In this document: positions 62,991 to 64,000 of the stretch, in pieces
Layout: each line of letters opens with the position of its first letter
Position numbering within the stretch: the stretch's first letter is position 1
Assembly (NCBI GenBank): GCA_038087875.1
Contig: CM075988.1
Location: forward strand, 7,442,001-7,506,000
Source: Malacoraja senta
Taxonomy: Eukaryota
Reading direction: 5' to 3'
Length of the DNA stretch: 64,000 bases
Position numbers and translations under genes: made by a program
The notes under the pieces: model-generated
The model's input: the letters and a program-made list of their open reading frames with translations, nothing else
The model's database searches: none
Told to the model about the DNA's origin: nothing

Positions 62991-63548
62991 AGCAATGAAT
63001 CAAAATATTAAAGAAAGCGGGTTTTGAAGAACAATGCTTGGTTGAAGTCTGTAGAAGGTGGAGAACGCAAAGCCTGCCTGCAGAATGTTGGGAATGTCCC
63101 ATTAATCTGCCCAATATTATTCTTGTTATCCCACTCTGCAACTATTGATGGATCAAGTTGAAGCTGGACTTGTTAAACTAACTTCCCTTGTCGCCCAGTT
63201 TCAAAGTGGCACTACTAAGGATTACAGTAATATCTTTGTGTTCTATTGACTGGACTTCCCAAGATCTATGAGGACTAACAAAGGTTATGTTCTTCTAGGC
63301 ATATAGAGAAAGAACATTTTGATCTGTGCAACAAGGTTGAAGTGATGGAAATTGCATGTTTGTTATTAGAAGTAATGATGGGAGTATTCTAAGGTGTAAG
63401 GTAATTTATTCTGATATGCTTTCTGCTGATGCTTTATTTTTCCAAGAAATAAATTGAAATGAATATCTTCCTATTAAGAAAATAACAAAATTTTGCATCA
63501 CTCAAATACTCATTTTGCAAACTCAAAATGAGACAAACCATCAACCAC

Positions 63549-63810
63549 TTTAGTTTAGTTTAAAGATACAGAGTGGAAACAGGCGGTTCAGTCCACTGAG
63601 TCCGCACCGACCAGCAATCACTCCGTACAATAACACTATCCTACACACATCAGTGACAATTTACAATATTTACCAATTAACCTACAAACCAAACCTACAC
63701 GGGTCACGGGGAGAACGTACAAACTCCTTACAGACAGCACTCCTTGTCAGGATGAACCAGGTTCTCTGGCACTATAAGACAGCTTTTTTCATCTGCATCA
63801 CCATGCCGAC
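63549..63810 (-). mobile_element. HE1-like SINE
   Basis: (tttag)n tail and reverse-complement core. Confidence 0.75.
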
Positions 63811-64000
63811 CTTGTTACATTGGATCCTGACTGTGAAGGTTTTCCTACTGTCCTTACGATGGTGCTGAATGTTGCATTTAAAGGCCTGCAACATCATGGT
63901 TTAACTGTAAAATAGCACTTCTGACAACGGAGCAGTCCATCAGTACTATATGAATCGTTTTGACCTTGGGGTGTTACATCTCAGTAGCATTTGATGGGTG

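Noticed and set aside
195..63868. Many 60-190 aa ORFs with recurring peptides (GGNRSTRRKP, TKCWSNSAGQAAS, AVRQQLY)
   Set aside because: Translations of SINE and mini-PLE copies, not a protein family.

Overview
Vertebrate, repeat-dense, apparently non-genic (intronic or intergenic) DNA; no host protein-coding exon could be supported. The repeat set (HE1/V-SINE-type tRNA-derived SINEs sharing a 3' tail with HER1/CR1-type LINEs, plus DeuSINE relics) points to a cartilaginous fish, probably a skate or ray (inference). All long ORFs are transposon-derived: a young 5'-truncated L1 (6875-9398, perfect 16-bp TSD, 700 open codons), a nearly complete CR1 ORF2 (43173-45985) inside the left TIR of an IR/DR DD34E Tc1 element (42986-47445), further CR1, Rex1/Babar, L2-group and Vingi-like fragments, and Penelope-like (PLE) fragments including a GIY-YIG domain. 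Also present: three TAA/TTA-flanked Harbinger-type MITEs, a complete non-autonomous Helitron (36956-38313), two minisatellites and a 200-N gap. The most interesting signal is a family of about 25-30 short non-coding elements matching the terminal repeat of the PLE fragment. They carry a minimal type I hammerhead ribozyme motif (CTGAAGA-A-GGGTCTCGACCC-GAAA-CGTC), often occur as head-to-head palindromes with a ribozyme motif on each strand, and are flanked by 9-16 bp target duplications. Coordinates were read by eye; ends of old repeats are approximate.
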